64,000 nt of DNA from a virus (lineage: Duplodnaviria > Caudoviricetes), in the IMG/VR virus record IMGVR_UViG_643348564_000006, positions 941 to 64,940 of that record. One strand, 5' to 3'. Made by a program: the position numbers and the translations under genes. Numbering within the stretch: position 1 is the first letter of the stretch; every line of letters begins with the position of its first letter. Below the pieces are notes generated by a model. The model was not told the DNA's origin and did not search any database. It saw only the letters and a program-made list of their open reading frames with translations. Of the stretch, positions 46,496 to 55,615 are shown in pieces.

Positions 46496-46650
46496 GACCC
46501 GCGCTCCAGCAGGATGATGCCCGAGCCGTTTGGCGCGACGGGGACGGCCCGGGCGGGCCGGAGCGCCGCGGCGCCCGCGACCGCGCCGGCGAGCAGCGCC
46601 AGCAGCGCGAGATGGGCAGCGAGGATCGCCGGGAGATCAGTCGCGCGCAT
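46492..46650 (-). CDS. Small hydrophobic protein
   Basis: MRATDLPAILAAHLALLALLAG; GAGG upstream; ATGA coupling. Confidence 0.45.
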   Translation of the reverse strand: MRATDLPAILAAHLALLALLAGAVAGAAALRPARAVPVAPNGSGIILLERGS

Positions 46651-46903
46651 CGCCGGCCTCCTCGAACATGGGGCGGTCGCCGTCGGCAGAGAGGCCACGG
46701 ACGAGGCGCAGGCCGGTCGGGGCGGGGACGGCGCAGCAGCCGTCCCCGTCGAGGAATCGGTCGCACCAGTCCCGGAGCTGCGCGACCTCGCTGCGAGCGA
46801 GCTGCCAGTCGGCGTAGGGGCCGGCGGAGGGGACCTGCACCCGGGCGCGGTTGCCGATGGTGGCGTAGCGGAAGGGGCCGATCTGCTGCGGGGCGGCACG
46901 CAT
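46637..46903 (-). CDS. Hypothetical protein
   Basis: 88 aa with GGAGG upstream. Confidence 0.5.
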   Translation of the reverse strand: MRAAPQQIGPFRYATIGNRARVQVPSAGPYADWQLARSEVAQLRDWCDRFLDGDGCCAVPAPTGLRLVRGLSADGDRPMFEEAGDARD

Positions 46904-46996
46904 CAGGCGCCTCCCACAGCAAATGCAGACGCCGGGCGGCGGAACAGGTCGGAACGCCGCCCGGCACTGCTACCATCGGAGGCGCCAACCGAACCG

Positions 46997-47320
46997 ATGG
47001 AAGATGAGATGACCGATAAAGACGCAAGGGCAGAAATCGCTGCACTCAATCTCGTGTTGGCAATGATCTTCCGGATAGCATGCGATAGAGACCAGCGACG
47101 AATGGTCATCGCGTTGCTCCGTGATGCTGAGGATGATTTGATGCAAACGGGCGGTTATGACATTGGTTGTGCGGTGGGCCATCTTCGGCGCCGTCTGTCA
47201 TTCGAGACAGCATTCGACCAATTGTCTGATCTAAAGCGCGAGATTCGCGAGCGCGCTGCTCAATCTCCACCTGCTCCGCGGTCAGGCGATCATCAGCCAA
47301 ACGAAGATGATGAGCGCTGA
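46997..47320 (+). CDS. Lower-GC antisense hypothetical protein inserted in the cro operon
   Basis: MEDEMTDKDARAEIAALNLVL..; GGAGG upstream; AT-richer segment. Confidence 0.55.
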   Translation: MEDEMTDKDARAEIAALNLVLAMIFRIACDRDQRRMVIALLRDAEDDLMQTGGYDIGCAVGHLRRRLSFETAFDQLSDLKREIRERAAQSPPAPRSGDHQPNEDDER

Positions 47321-47365
47321 TCCGCGCATCGATGCGCCGGTCCAGCCAGGAGAGGAGGAGGCGGA

Positions 47366-47605
47366 TCACGGCGCCGCCTCCGCCATGGTGGGGATGGGGA
47401 GAGACGGGACGGTAGGCGCGTCCGACAGAAAGTCGTTGGGGGTAACTTGACCGTCCGTAGCGCGCGAGATCCGCTCCAATACGTCCCACTCAGGCCGGCG
47501 CTCGCCGGACTTGTAGCGCCAGAGCGTCTGACGCGTGACGCCGATCCGCGCAGCGAAGTCGGAGTCCTTGATCTCTCGATCGGCAAGGTAGGCGGCGAGC
47601 TTCAT
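47366..47605 (-). CDS. cro: Cro-like HTH regulator
   Basis: L..YL.....D.DFAARIGVTRQTL.RY..G.RRP..I...T.G.VTPNDF; divergent from CI. Confidence 0.88.
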   Translation of the reverse strand: MKLAAYLADREIKDSDFAARIGVTRQTLWRYKSGERRPEWDVLERISRATDGQVTPNDFLSDAPTVPSLPIPTMAEAAP

Positions 47606-47616
47606 GCCTCAAGTAT

Positions 47617-47663
47617 GTCACCATCCTGGATACGAAGCAAGAGCTCGTCACCATCTCGGTGCG
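47617..47663. promoter_or_regulatory. Right operator region: two GTCACC-N5-GG(T/A)(G/T)(A/C)(C/G) sites
   Basis: GTCACCatcctGGATAC (47617-33) and GTCACCatctcGGTGCG (47647-63) between cro and cI. Confidence 0.7.
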
Positions 47664-47687
47664 TGGTGCTGTTGCCGGAAAGGCGAC

Positions 47688-48350
47688 ATGGTCGGCTCTA
47701 TGAAGGGGAAGTACCCAAATGGGCTCGCTGCAGCCCTGCAGGCGTCCGGCGTAAGCGCTAGCGAGCTGGCGCGTCGGCTGGGCACGTCGCGGCAGAACGT
47801 CCATCGTTGGGCAGACGGCAGCCGAGAATTGCTCCCTCCTGTCGCTCAACTAATCGCCTCGAAATTGGGCGTTTCGGCATCAGCATTGTTGCTGATGGAA
47901 GAAGCTGGTCCGAGCTATATCAGGGTGGCCGGTCTTGTCGGGGCGGGCGGTCATATCAACAACGACGTCACTCAAGTGCATCAAAACGAAGCTGTGCGCG
48001 TCCGGATCAACATTCCGCTACCTGACGGTCTCTCGGCCTACGAAGTCTGGGGTGATAGCATGCTGCCGAGGTACGATCCGGGAGATCTGATCATTGTAAC
48101 TGATCAGCCGGTGCCTGTGTCGCGGGTGGTCGGGGACGTGGCCCTAGTGAAGACGGCCGACGGGAACCGGTATTTGAAGCGCGTCCTGCGTGGCAGCGAG
48201 CCCGATCTCTACACTCTGGAGAGCTACAACGCCTCTCCGATGGAGGATGTGGAGATAGCCGAGGCCACCATGATCTATCTCATCCTCCCGCGAAGGCAGG
48301 TGACGATCGTGCACGATGATGCTCCGGCGCCGAAGCAGGCACCACAGTAG
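47688..48350 (+). CDS. cI: CI-like repressor (XRE HTH + S24 peptidase)
   Basis: L..ALQASG.S.SELAR.LGTS.QNV.RW; VAGLVGAG cleavage-like site; V.GDSM.P.Y..GD..K..Y.LKR; start uncertain. Confidence 0.92.
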   Translation: MVGSMKGKYPNGLAAALQASGVSASELARRLGTSRQNVHRWADGSRELLPPVAQLIASKLGVSASALLLMEEAGPSYIRVAGLVGAGGHINNDVTQVHQNEAVRVRINIPLPDGLSAYEVWGDSMLPRYDPGDLIIVTDQPVPVSRVVGDVALVKTADGNRYLKRVLRGSEPDLYTLESYNASPMEDVEIAEATMIYLILPRRQVTIVHDDAPAPKQAPQ

Positions 48351-48517
48351 CTGAAGCGCATCATTGGCGAGGCGGCTGAGTGAGCAGTGCTCCCTTCGCC
48401 ATCGGACTTCGCGGCCTTACGCAGCAGCTGCACCGAGGGGCGCGTGAGAGGTTCCGGTCTTTATTGACCTATATTCTGGCCGTGCTACGAGTCCATCCAT
48501 AACAATCTGGGGGTAGG

Positions 48518-49414
48518 ATGATGTCGGCCGACCAATTGAGTCTCTACCTTGATTTGGAAGAAGGTCAAAAGGCGGATCTTGAGGTGGCCGCCCGTGCAGC
48601 AATTGCCCTGACTGCAACCGTCCGTGAAATTGCAGCCTTTATAGATCCTTTTAGCGACGTTAAACTGGAACTTATTGACAGTTCCGAGGGCAGTCTATTT
48701 CTGAATACAAAGGTTAGATTTCTTTCAGCCGCGGGGCCGAAAGAGATGACGTTGTATGCCGTTTTATTTGTTTGCTTAACTTGGATTGGGACAAGCGCGG
48801 TTGGATTTGTCGTGGAAAAAATAGAAGATCATGTTTGGGAGCAGGCATTCGGGAAAGATTTCGCAAAACTCTCTGACGACGACAAGAAAGACATTGCAGA
48901 TCTCGTTGCAAGGGCGATAGAGGCCAATGCTGGCAAAAAGCCATCAGAGCGGCTATATGCGGAGCTGTCTCAAGACCCTGCTGTTAAGGGTGTGGCGGTA
49001 ACAAAAGATAGAAATAAAAAGCCTTCGAGCATTGTCCCGCGATCCGAATTTGCAAGTCGAAGCGGTGGCGCCGTAAGAAACGAAAGAGTTATCCAGCGCC
49101 GGACTACGAGAGGGATTAGAAAAGTTATCCTTGTAAGCCCGGTTCTTGTACCTGGAAAAAGAAGATGGAAATTTCGCATTGGCAAGGAGGAGTTCGGCGC
49201 CCCCGTTCACGATACACAATTTGTTGATGCCGTCTTGTCAGGAAAATTTCCAATTGTAATGAAAAGCAATGTAGAGATGACTGTCGATCTTGAGGTAACC
49301 GAAGAACTAAATGACGGCCATTGGGAAGCAATGGACTATAACGTCTGGCGGGTTCTTGGCGCCCCTGTGCAGTTCCAAGGAGAGCAGACCTCATTTCCGC
49401 TCGATAAGAAGTAG
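48518..49414 (+). CDS. Low-GC immunity-region moron protein (298 aa), function unknown
   Basis: Clearly AT-richer than flanks; central hydrophobic segment; beta-rich C-terminus; directly downstream of cI. Confidence 0.8.
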   Translation: MMSADQLSLYLDLEEGQKADLEVAARAAIALTATVREIAAFIDPFSDVKLELIDSSEGSLFLNTKVRFLSAAGPKEMTLYAVLFVCLTWIGTSAVGFVVEKIEDHVWEQAFGKDFAKLSDDDKKDIADLVARAIEANAGKKPSERLYAELSQDPAVKGVAVTKDRNKKPSSIVPRSEFASRSGGAVRNERVIQRRTTRGIRKVILVSPVLVPGKRRWKFRIGKEEFGAPVHDTQFVDAVLSGKFPIVMKSNVEMTVDLEVTEELNDGHWEAMDYNVWRVLGAPVQFQGEQTSFPLDKK

Positions 49415-49585
49415 GCAACAAGCCCAACCGCCAATCAGCACGGCACAAAACAATGCCGCAATCTGACTCTGACTGTTGATAGCCCGTAAGACAAGCCAAA
49501 GACAGCTTCCCGCCAGGATGGCGGAAAGCCAAGCTTTTGCGCGGCCTGTCCACATGCTCATAGCGTTAATATAGAGCGTCGCCAT
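49391..49585 (-). CDS. Small two-TM membrane protein convergent with the moron
   Basis: 64 aa with two hydrophobic helices in low-GC DNA. Confidence 0.4.
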   Translation of the reverse strand: MATLYINAMSMWTGRAKAWLSAILAGSCLWLVLRAINSQSQIAALFCAVLIGGWACCLLLIERK

Positions 49586-49795
49586 CTGTAAATCAAGAGT
49601 TAAAATTCATTAATTTATCGCATAAGACATTAGATTGAGAAGACAGTTATAAATTCTCCTCTATCCAATTTGCTTCAAATGTTTGGGACAGCATCCTTCA
49701 CAACGATGAGTCCAGCTCCCGTCTCGTGCGCATCGAGCAGGCGGTCAAGGCTATTGTGGCGTAGCCGCTCTGCGCAACAGCAGTCTCCTCCACAG

Positions 49796-49824
49796 CCCCG
49801 CCCTTGCGGGGGGCATTTTCGTTT
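49796..49824 (+). terminator. Possible terminator after the immunity moron
   Basis: CCCCGC-CCTT-GCGGGG followed by GGCATTTTCGTTT. Confidence 0.4.
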
Positions 49825-49829
49825 GCGGC

Positions 49830-49906
49830 GTCACCATCGCGCGGACAAATTTTGTCACCTAGTTGGAAACGCGTGCTTGACCCGTTACCGGGTTGGTGAC
49901 AGCATT
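49830..49906 (+). promoter_or_regulatory. Left operator/promoter (PL-like): three operator sites and TTGACC -35
   Basis: GTCACCatcgcGCGGAC (49830-46), GTCACCtagttGGAAAC (49854-70), GTTACCgggttGGTGAC (49884-900); TTGACC at 49877-82. Confidence 0.75.
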
Positions 49907-49932
49907 AAGCCATCCACCACGGATGGCCCGCC

Positions 49933-50190
49933 ATGCTCACCCGCCCCCAACCCGACCTGATCGCATCCGCGCCGCGCCCGCGTGCGCCGCGCTTCCCCGC
50001 CGAGATCTTCCCCGCCTTCGAGCCGCCGCTGTTCCTGCGCGGGCCGCTGCCCGAGGATGAGCCGCAGCGCGAGCCCGCGGACCGCGATTGGCTCGCGACG
50101 GGCCTCGTCATCATCGCGGCGGCGATCCTCATCGCGCTGGCCCTGAGCGGCGGCGCGCTGGTCAACGCGGTGCGTGGGGGCGTGCTCTGA
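49933..50190 (+). CDS. First early gene, Pro-rich with C-terminal TM helix
   Basis: 85 aa, one TM; follows PL-like promoter. Confidence 0.55.
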   Translation: MLTRPQPDLIASAPRPRAPRFPAEIFPAFEPPLFLRGPLPEDEPQREPADRDWLATGLVIIAAAILIALALSGGALVNAVRGGVL

Positions 50191-50603
50191 TGGCCGCCCT
50201 CACCCTCCCCGCCAGGCGCATCACCGCCCGGTCCCTCGTCGCTGCCCGGCTGGCGGCCGCCCGCGACGCCCTGCTCTGCGCCGAGCGCTACCTCGACGAG
50301 GTCACCGTCGCACTCCACGCCGGCGACACCGGGCTGTCCCGGGTTGGCGCCTCGGATGACGCGGTGATCCGCGAGGTCCGGGAGCGGGCCTTCGCCGCCC
50401 GCCGCGCCTACGACACCCTGCGCCTCGAGCTGCTGACGCCTGAGGAGCACGCGCTCACCCCGAACGACGAGGACGACATGGCCTCGGCGCTGCGGCTGCG
50501 GCTGTGCGCCAACGAGGAGGCCGAGACGGCCCCGGGCGAGCTCGACTTCATCGAGGAAAGCCGCCGCGAATACGTCCTCCAGGCGCACGGGCGGGGGTGC
50601 TGA
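50190..50603 (+). CDS. Hypothetical protein
   Basis: TGATG-coupled, 137 aa. Confidence 0.6.
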   Translation: MAALTLPARRITARSLVAARLAAARDALLCAERYLDEVTVALHAGDTGLSRVGASDDAVIREVRERAFAARRAYDTLRLELLTPEEHALTPNDEDDMASALRLRLCANEEAETAPGELDFIEESRREYVLQAHGRGC

Positions 50604-50974
50604 TGAGCGCGCCCTACAGTCTTCCCTGGTCGCTCGGCTCGGTCGAACACGCAAACGGCGACCCCGTCGCCGACACGACGGTCATCTGGCTATCGAATGG
50701 CGGGACGATCGAAGTCGAGGAGACCAAGAACGCGGGCCGGATCGCGAACCTGATTCTAGCCGCGCCGGATCTGCTCGATGCACTACACGGAGATCCAGAC
50801 TGCCCGGAGATTAGCCCTCTCTCGTGGCTCAAGTCTCTGATCGACCACTGCAAGGAACGTGGCCCGAAGCCGGACGAGGAAGATCCGGACGCGTGGTTCA
50901 CGATGGTGCGGGAGGCCGAGGAGCTTCACCGCAAGGGCACGGCTGCCGTCTCGAAGGCGGAGGGCCGGTCATGA
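50603..50974 (+). CDS. Hypothetical protein
   Basis: TGATG-coupled; PW..ANLILAAPDLLDAL motif common in phage early genes. Confidence 0.65.
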   Translation: MSAPYSLPWSLGSVEHANGDPVADTTVIWLSNGGTIEVEETKNAGRIANLILAAPDLLDALHGDPDCPEISPLSWLKSLIDHCKERGPKPDEEDPDAWFTMVREAEELHRKGTAAVSKAEGRS

Positions 50975-51246
50975 CCGGCTCCGTCATCAGCCTCAGCACC
51001 GGTCGGCCGATCGACGCACGCTTCCTGCCCGCCTTCGCGAGCCTCGAAGCGCAGCGGCGCGCCGCGGTGGCGGCGGAGAGCGTCAGCGCTCTCCTGGTCG
51101 TTGCGACCGACCTGGTGCGCATCGATGCGCTCCTTGCATTCGCTGACCCGGTCCTGGCGGATCAGGTGCGGGAGGTCCTGCGGCACGCAGCCGGGGTGAT
51201 CATCCCCGAACTGGACGCGGCAGTCGCGCAGGCGCGGAGGGCGTGA
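50971..51246 (+). CDS. Hypothetical protein
   Basis: ATGA-coupled, 91 aa. Confidence 0.55.
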   Translation: MTGSVISLSTGRPIDARFLPAFASLEAQRRAAVAAESVSALLVVATDLVRIDALLAFADPVLADQVREVLRHAAGVIIPELDAAVAQARRA

Positions 51247-52013
51247 CCATGCGCGTCTCTCCCGACGTCCTGGCGGTGCTCGACCGCGCCACCTGCACCG
51301 GCAACGCCCTGTCGCTTGCGCATCTCGGGCAACTCGATCGCAAGCTCTACGCCGCCGTCGACAACGTGCTGCAGGCGGCGGGCGGAAAGTGGAACCGCAA
51401 GGCTGCGGCCCACCTGTTCGACGGCGATGCGGCCGACGCGATAGAGCCCATCTTGCTCACCGGCGAGGTCACGTCTCGCAGGCAAGAATTCCAGCAGTTC
51501 GACACGCCGCCCGAGCTTGCCGCTCACGTCGTCGCTCTAGCTGACATTCACCCTGGCATGTTCGTGCTGGAGCCCAGCGCTGGCAATGGCGCGCTGGCAA
51601 TCCCGGCAGCGGACGCGGGCGCTGACGTCCAATGCTTCGAGCTTGATCCGAAGCGGGCATTTGCGCTGAGCGAGATCGGGCCGGGACGTTTCGACGTCAC
51701 TTGCTGCGACTTCGTGGCCGTGCCACCTGCGCCGGTCAACGACCGCGTCGTGATGAACCCACCGTACTCGAAGCGGCAGGACATCCGCCACGTGCGCCAT
51801 GCGGTGCGGTTCCTTAAGCCCGGCGGCCGGCTCATCGCCATCATGGCGGCGAGCATCACCTTTTCGACTGTGCGCGAGGTCGCCGAATTCCGCGACTTCC
51901 TGGCCGAGCACAACGCCACCGTCGAGACGCTGCCGGAGGGGTCGTTCAAGGCGTCCGGCACAAGCGTCAACACCGTGCTGGTCGCCCTCGACATGCCAGG
52001 AGGCGCGTCGTGA
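51243..52013 (+). CDS. SAM-dependent amino (N6A-type) DNA methyltransferase
   Basis: QQFDTP, VLEPSAG.G.LA motif I, VVMNPPYS motif IV, LKPGGRL.AI, LPEGSF..SGT.V.TV. Confidence 0.88.
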   Translation: MTMRVSPDVLAVLDRATCTGNALSLAHLGQLDRKLYAAVDNVLQAAGGKWNRKAAAHLFDGDAADAIEPILLTGEVTSRRQEFQQFDTPPELAAHVVALADIHPGMFVLEPSAGNGALAIPAADAGADVQCFELDPKRAFALSEIGPGRFDVTCCDFVAVPPAPVNDRVVMNPPYSKRQDIRHVRHAVRFLKPGGRLIAIMAASITFSTVREVAEFRDFLAEHNATVETLPEGSFKASGTSVNTVLVALDMPGGAS

Positions 52014-52531
52014 TGGCCGCCGCCCGCACTCCGCGCGCGAAGCGCCCCGACGAGATGACCCGCTTCCGCGCGTGGCTCACGGCCAACGGCGCGGAGGTCC
52101 TGGCGCCGACCAACCCCTACGAAGTGGTCCGCTTCCGCGGCTCGCAGGGCGTGTCGATCATCTACCGAAGCGACACCAAGCCGATCTCGCGCATGACGGG
52201 GCAGGCTGCCGAGGCGCTCGCCACCTTCCGGCGCGGCGAGGCGATGCGCTTCGTCCCGGCGACGGGCAAGACAGCGCCCGCGAAGATCGAGCCGATTGTC
52301 CGGGCACTCCTCGAGCGCGACGGCCCGACCTGCTTCTACTGCGACGCGCCGTTCAGCGAGACCTTGCCGCCGACGCGCGAGCACCTCCTGAGCCGCACGC
52401 ACAGCGGCCCGGATCACATCGCGAACCAAGCGCTCGCCTGCCAGCCCTGCAACCTGAAGGCCGGTCACCTCTCGCTCGTCGAGAAGATCCGCCTGCGCGA
52501 TCGGCTTCGGGCCGAGAGGAGCGCGTCGTGA
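52010..52531 (+). CDS. HNH endonuclease
   Basis: RDGPTCFYC..T.EHL...SG..N..LAC..CN..K. Confidence 0.88.
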   Translation: MMAAARTPRAKRPDEMTRFRAWLTANGAEVLAPTNPYEVVRFRGSQGVSIIYRSDTKPISRMTGQAAEALATFRRGEAMRFVPATGKTAPAKIEPIVRALLERDGPTCFYCDAPFSETLPPTREHLLSRTHSGPDHIANQALACQPCNLKAGHLSLVEKIRLRDRLRAERSAS

Positions 52532-52839
52532 CGCCCGCCGAATCCTCCCAGACCTTCCGTGCCTACCTCGGCGCGCTCGGCTGCCCGGCCCCGTGGGCAG
52601 TCGTTGAGCGGTCCGGCCGGATGATCGTCGACGCCGAGGGCAAGCCCTGCGCTTCGGCGATGCCGGTCGCCTCGGTGGCCATCGTGCATGAGCGGGCCGA
52701 GATCATCTGCTCGGCGGTCAACGCGATGGCCGGTGTCCTGCCGGCAGGCGCCATGGCGCCGCTCGACCCGGCCCACCTCGATGCGCTGTCGGCCGAGACG
52801 GCGCACTTCCTCCGGCGCGTCGGCGGGGGCGCGTCGTGA
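52528..52839 (+). CDS. Hypothetical protein
   Basis: GTGA-coupled; PW..VDAEG..AE.IC.AVN. Confidence 0.55.
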   Translation: MTPAESSQTFRAYLGALGCPAPWAVVERSGRMIVDAEGKPCASAMPVASVAIVHERAEIICSAVNAMAGVLPAGAMAPLDPAHLDALSAETAHFLRRVGGGAS

Positions 52840-53786
52840 AGATCGAGCGCCACCGCATCAACCCGGCAAAGGATCGCGCCGGCTGGCTCGCGCTGCGGGC
52901 CCAGGACATCACCGCCTCGGTGGCGGGGGCCGTGCTGGGGGTCCACGAGTACACGACCCGCTTCGAGCTCCACGCGCTCAAGGCCGGGCTTCTCTCCGAG
53001 GATCCGACCGAGACCCTGGCGATGCGCCGGGGCCGACTCCTCGAGGACGATGCGCTGCAGGTCCTGCGCGAGGACCGGCCGCGCTGGAAGGTGACCCCGG
53101 CGAACAATGTCTACCTGCGCGCCCCGGAGCTGCGGATCGGCTGCACGCCGGACGCCTACGCCGTCGATCCCGAGCGCCCCGGGCGGGGCATCATTCAGGT
53201 GAAGACGACCTCCGATATCGTCTTCCGGCACAAGTGGCGGACCGAGGGCGGCGAGATCGAACTGCCGCTCTGGATCGCCGTCCAGGCGATTGTCGAGGCG
53301 AGGCTGACCAAAGCCGCCTGGGCGGCGGTCGCGCTCCTCGTGGTCGGGCACGACCTCAATCTGCACGTAGTCGAGATCCCGCTGCACGCCGGGATCTGGG
53401 ATCGCCTCGTGCAGGAGGTCCGCGCCTTCTGGCAGGGCGTCGCGGACGGCGTGCCGCCGCCGGCCGACTACAGCCGCGACGGCGATGCCCTCGCCGCGCT
53501 CTACCCGCCAGATGACGGCCTGCCGGTGCTCGACCTGTCGGGCGACAACCGGGCGCCAGCCTTGGTCGATGAGCGCGCCGCCGCGGCGGTCACAATCCGC
53601 GAAGCCGAGAAGGTCAAGAAGGCCCTCGATGCCGAGTTGATCGAGAAGCTCGCCGGCTACACCCAGGCGACCCTCGGCGACGGCCGGCTGATCGTCCGCA
53701 AAACCCAGCACCGGGCCTCCTACACGGTCCAGGCGACCTTCTTCCCCACCATCACCATCCGCACCCCCCGAAAGGCAGCCGCATGA
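52836..53786 (+). CDS. YqaJ-like (lambda exonuclease family) recombination nuclease
   Basis: WL..R...ITAS..M.RG..LE..GCTPDA..IQVKT..Q. Confidence 0.9.
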   Translation: MKIERHRINPAKDRAGWLALRAQDITASVAGAVLGVHEYTTRFELHALKAGLLSEDPTETLAMRRGRLLEDDALQVLREDRPRWKVTPANNVYLRAPELRIGCTPDAYAVDPERPGRGIIQVKTTSDIVFRHKWRTEGGEIELPLWIAVQAIVEARLTKAAWAAVALLVVGHDLNLHVVEIPLHAGIWDRLVQEVRAFWQGVADGVPPPADYSRDGDALAALYPPDDGLPVLDLSGDNRAPALVDERAAAAVTIREAEKVKKALDAELIEKLAGYTQATLGDGRLIVRKTQHRASYTVQATFFPTITIRTPRKAAA

Positions 53787-54694
53787 CCGCTGGAGCCCTC
53801 ACCCTGTCCGATGCCGAGCGCCGCGTGGCCGAGCGCGTTGATCCCGCCGCCACCGCGGCCCTGTCCGTATCCGCCGAGAGCGGCGGCGTCGCGTTCGCCA
53901 ATGCCGGCCAGCTGATGGAGTTCGCCAAGCTGATGGCCGTCTCGTCAGCGGGCGTCCGCAAGCACCTGCGTGGCAACCCGGGCGCCTGCCTCGCGATCTG
54001 CACCCAGGCCGTCGAGTGGGGGATGTCGCCCTACGCGGTCGCGAACAACTCCTACTTCGTCAACGACCAGATCGCCTTCGAGTCGAAGCTGGTTCAGGCC
54101 GTCATCCTGAAGCGCGCGCCGATTAAGGGCCGGATCCGGTTCGAGTACACAGGCGACGGCGACGAGCGGCGGTGCCGCGCCTGGGCCCGTCTCGCCGACG
54201 AGCCGGACGAGGTGGTCGACTACCTCTCCCCGCCGCTCGGCAAGATCACGCCGAAGAACTCGCCCCTGTGGAAGCAGGACCCCGACCAGCAGCTCGCCTA
54301 CTTCTCGGGTCGGGCGCTTTGCCGGCGGCACTTCCCGGACGTGTTGCTCGGCGTCTACGCGGACGACGAGATCGAGGTCGCGCCGCGCGGGCCGGATCAG
54401 GCCCGCGATGTCACGCCTAGGGGGTTGGCCGGGCGACTCGACGCGCTCGCTGCAGCCCCACCGCCGACCGCTTCGGCTGCTGTGGACGCCTTCACCGATA
54501 CCGAGGCCCCCGGGAATGGCCCGGCGACAGCTCCGGCCGAGGATGAGCCCGAAACCGGCGCGCAGGGCGCCGACGTCGGCGAGAGCGGCGACTGGCACGA
54601 CCCGGCCTTGGGCGGCGCCGCAGACGATTTCCCGGGCAACGACGCCCTGAGCGACATGCGCACGGGCCGCCGCTCGTCCAGGTGGGAGGCCTGA
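53783..54694 (+). CDS. recT: RecT/Redbeta-like single-strand annealing protein
   Basis: LRGNPG.C.AI..QA..WGM.P.AVA...Y.VN..I.FE.K..PLW..DP.QQL.Y..R..FP.VLLGVY..DE; follows YqaJ. Confidence 0.8.
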   Translation: MTAGALTLSDAERRVAERVDPAATAALSVSAESGGVAFANAGQLMEFAKLMAVSSAGVRKHLRGNPGACLAICTQAVEWGMSPYAVANNSYFVNDQIAFESKLVQAVILKRAPIKGRIRFEYTGDGDERRCRAWARLADEPDEVVDYLSPPLGKITPKNSPLWKQDPDQQLAYFSGRALCRRHFPDVLLGVYADDEIEVAPRGPDQARDVTPRGLAGRLDALAAAPPPTASAAVDAFTDTEAPGNGPATAPAEDEPETGAQGADVGESGDWHDPALGGAADDFPGNDALSDMRTGRRSSRWEA

Positions 54695-54697
54695 CCG

Positions 54698-55156
54698 ATG
54701 CGCGCCCTCCCCATCACGATCACGGCCGACGACTCGAGGCACTTCAACCTCGCTATCGGGAACGGCGAGAACACCCAGCACGCCACGGGCCTCGCGTGGG
54801 ACGAGCTCCTCGGCATGGTGGGTGTGCTCACCCACCCCGAAATCCGATCCGCGCCCTACGGCATCAGCAAGGTCCGCGCGGTGGCGGCCGAGGAGGCGCC
54901 TTGCGTCCCGCGGCGCGAGGAGCCGGCGCTGACCACCGAGCCGCTCGCCGTCATCCGCATGACCATCGTCCAAGCCGAGCGGCTCACGGCCGCGATGTCG
55001 GAACTGCTGGCTTGGTGCGAGGGCTTTCGGGCGGCTCTCGGCGACGATCCAACCCGCCAGCCTCCCGGCATCGAGCACGCCTTTGCGGCGCGCAACCTCA
55101 TCCGGACTGCGCTCCACGAAGCTCGCGGCGACGAGTCCGGCGACCTGCCGTTCTGA
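54698..55156 (+). CDS. Hypothetical protein
   Basis: 152 aa with GGAGG; ends DLPF. Confidence 0.6.
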   Translation: MRALPITITADDSRHFNLAIGNGENTQHATGLAWDELLGMVGVLTHPEIRSAPYGISKVRAVAAEEAPCVPRREEPALTTEPLAVIRMTIVQAERLTAAMSELLAWCEGFRAALGDDPTRQPPGIEHAFAARNLIRTALHEARGDESGDLPF

Positions 55157-55166
55157 GGGCCCGGCG

Positions 55167-55613
55167 ATGCTCAGCACCACCGCGCTCCAGACCGACCGCC
55201 ACAACATCCGCTCGCGCCGCACTTACGCCGCGCGCGAGGCGGCCGAGCGGCCTGTCCTACCGCTGCCGACGATCATCATCGTGGAGGCCTGCGGCTACGA
55301 CACCGCGCTCGCCAACCCCGGCGCCGTGGTGCTGGACAAGGCTTATCGCTGCGTCCGGTGCGGCCGGCATCGCCTCGACCTCCGTCACGTCGGCACGTTC
55401 GAGCTGCTCGCCTTCCTGTTCAGCGAGCGGGTCGGGCTGGCGGTGAGCCGCGCCGAGGCCATGGCTGCGGCCCGCCCCGGCAAGCCGATGAGCGATGCCC
55501 GGCAATCCCAGCTCGTGCGCCGCGCCAACGCGGTGCTCGCCCCTCTGCACCTGCACGTCGAAACGATCTGGGGCGGCTCCCTCCGCCTCGTCGCCATCCC
55601 GGGAGACGCCTGA
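55167..55613 (+). CDS. Winged-helix (OmpR-type C-terminal-like) protein
   Basis: FELLAFL...G..VSR.E..V.R....L..L.L.VET.WG. Confidence 0.55.
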   Translation: MLSTTALQTDRHNIRSRRTYAAREAAERPVLPLPTIIIVEACGYDTALANPGAVVLDKAYRCVRCGRHRLDLRHVGTFELLAFLFSERVGLAVSRAEAMAAARPGKPMSDARQSQLVRRANAVLAPLHLHVETIWGGSLRLVAIPGDA

Positions 55614-55615
55614 CC

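Noticed and set aside
49639-49764. Protein-like frame EDSYKFSSIQFASNVWDSILHNDESSSRLVRIEQAVKAIVA
   Set aside because: No start codon after the upstream stop; at most a gene remnant
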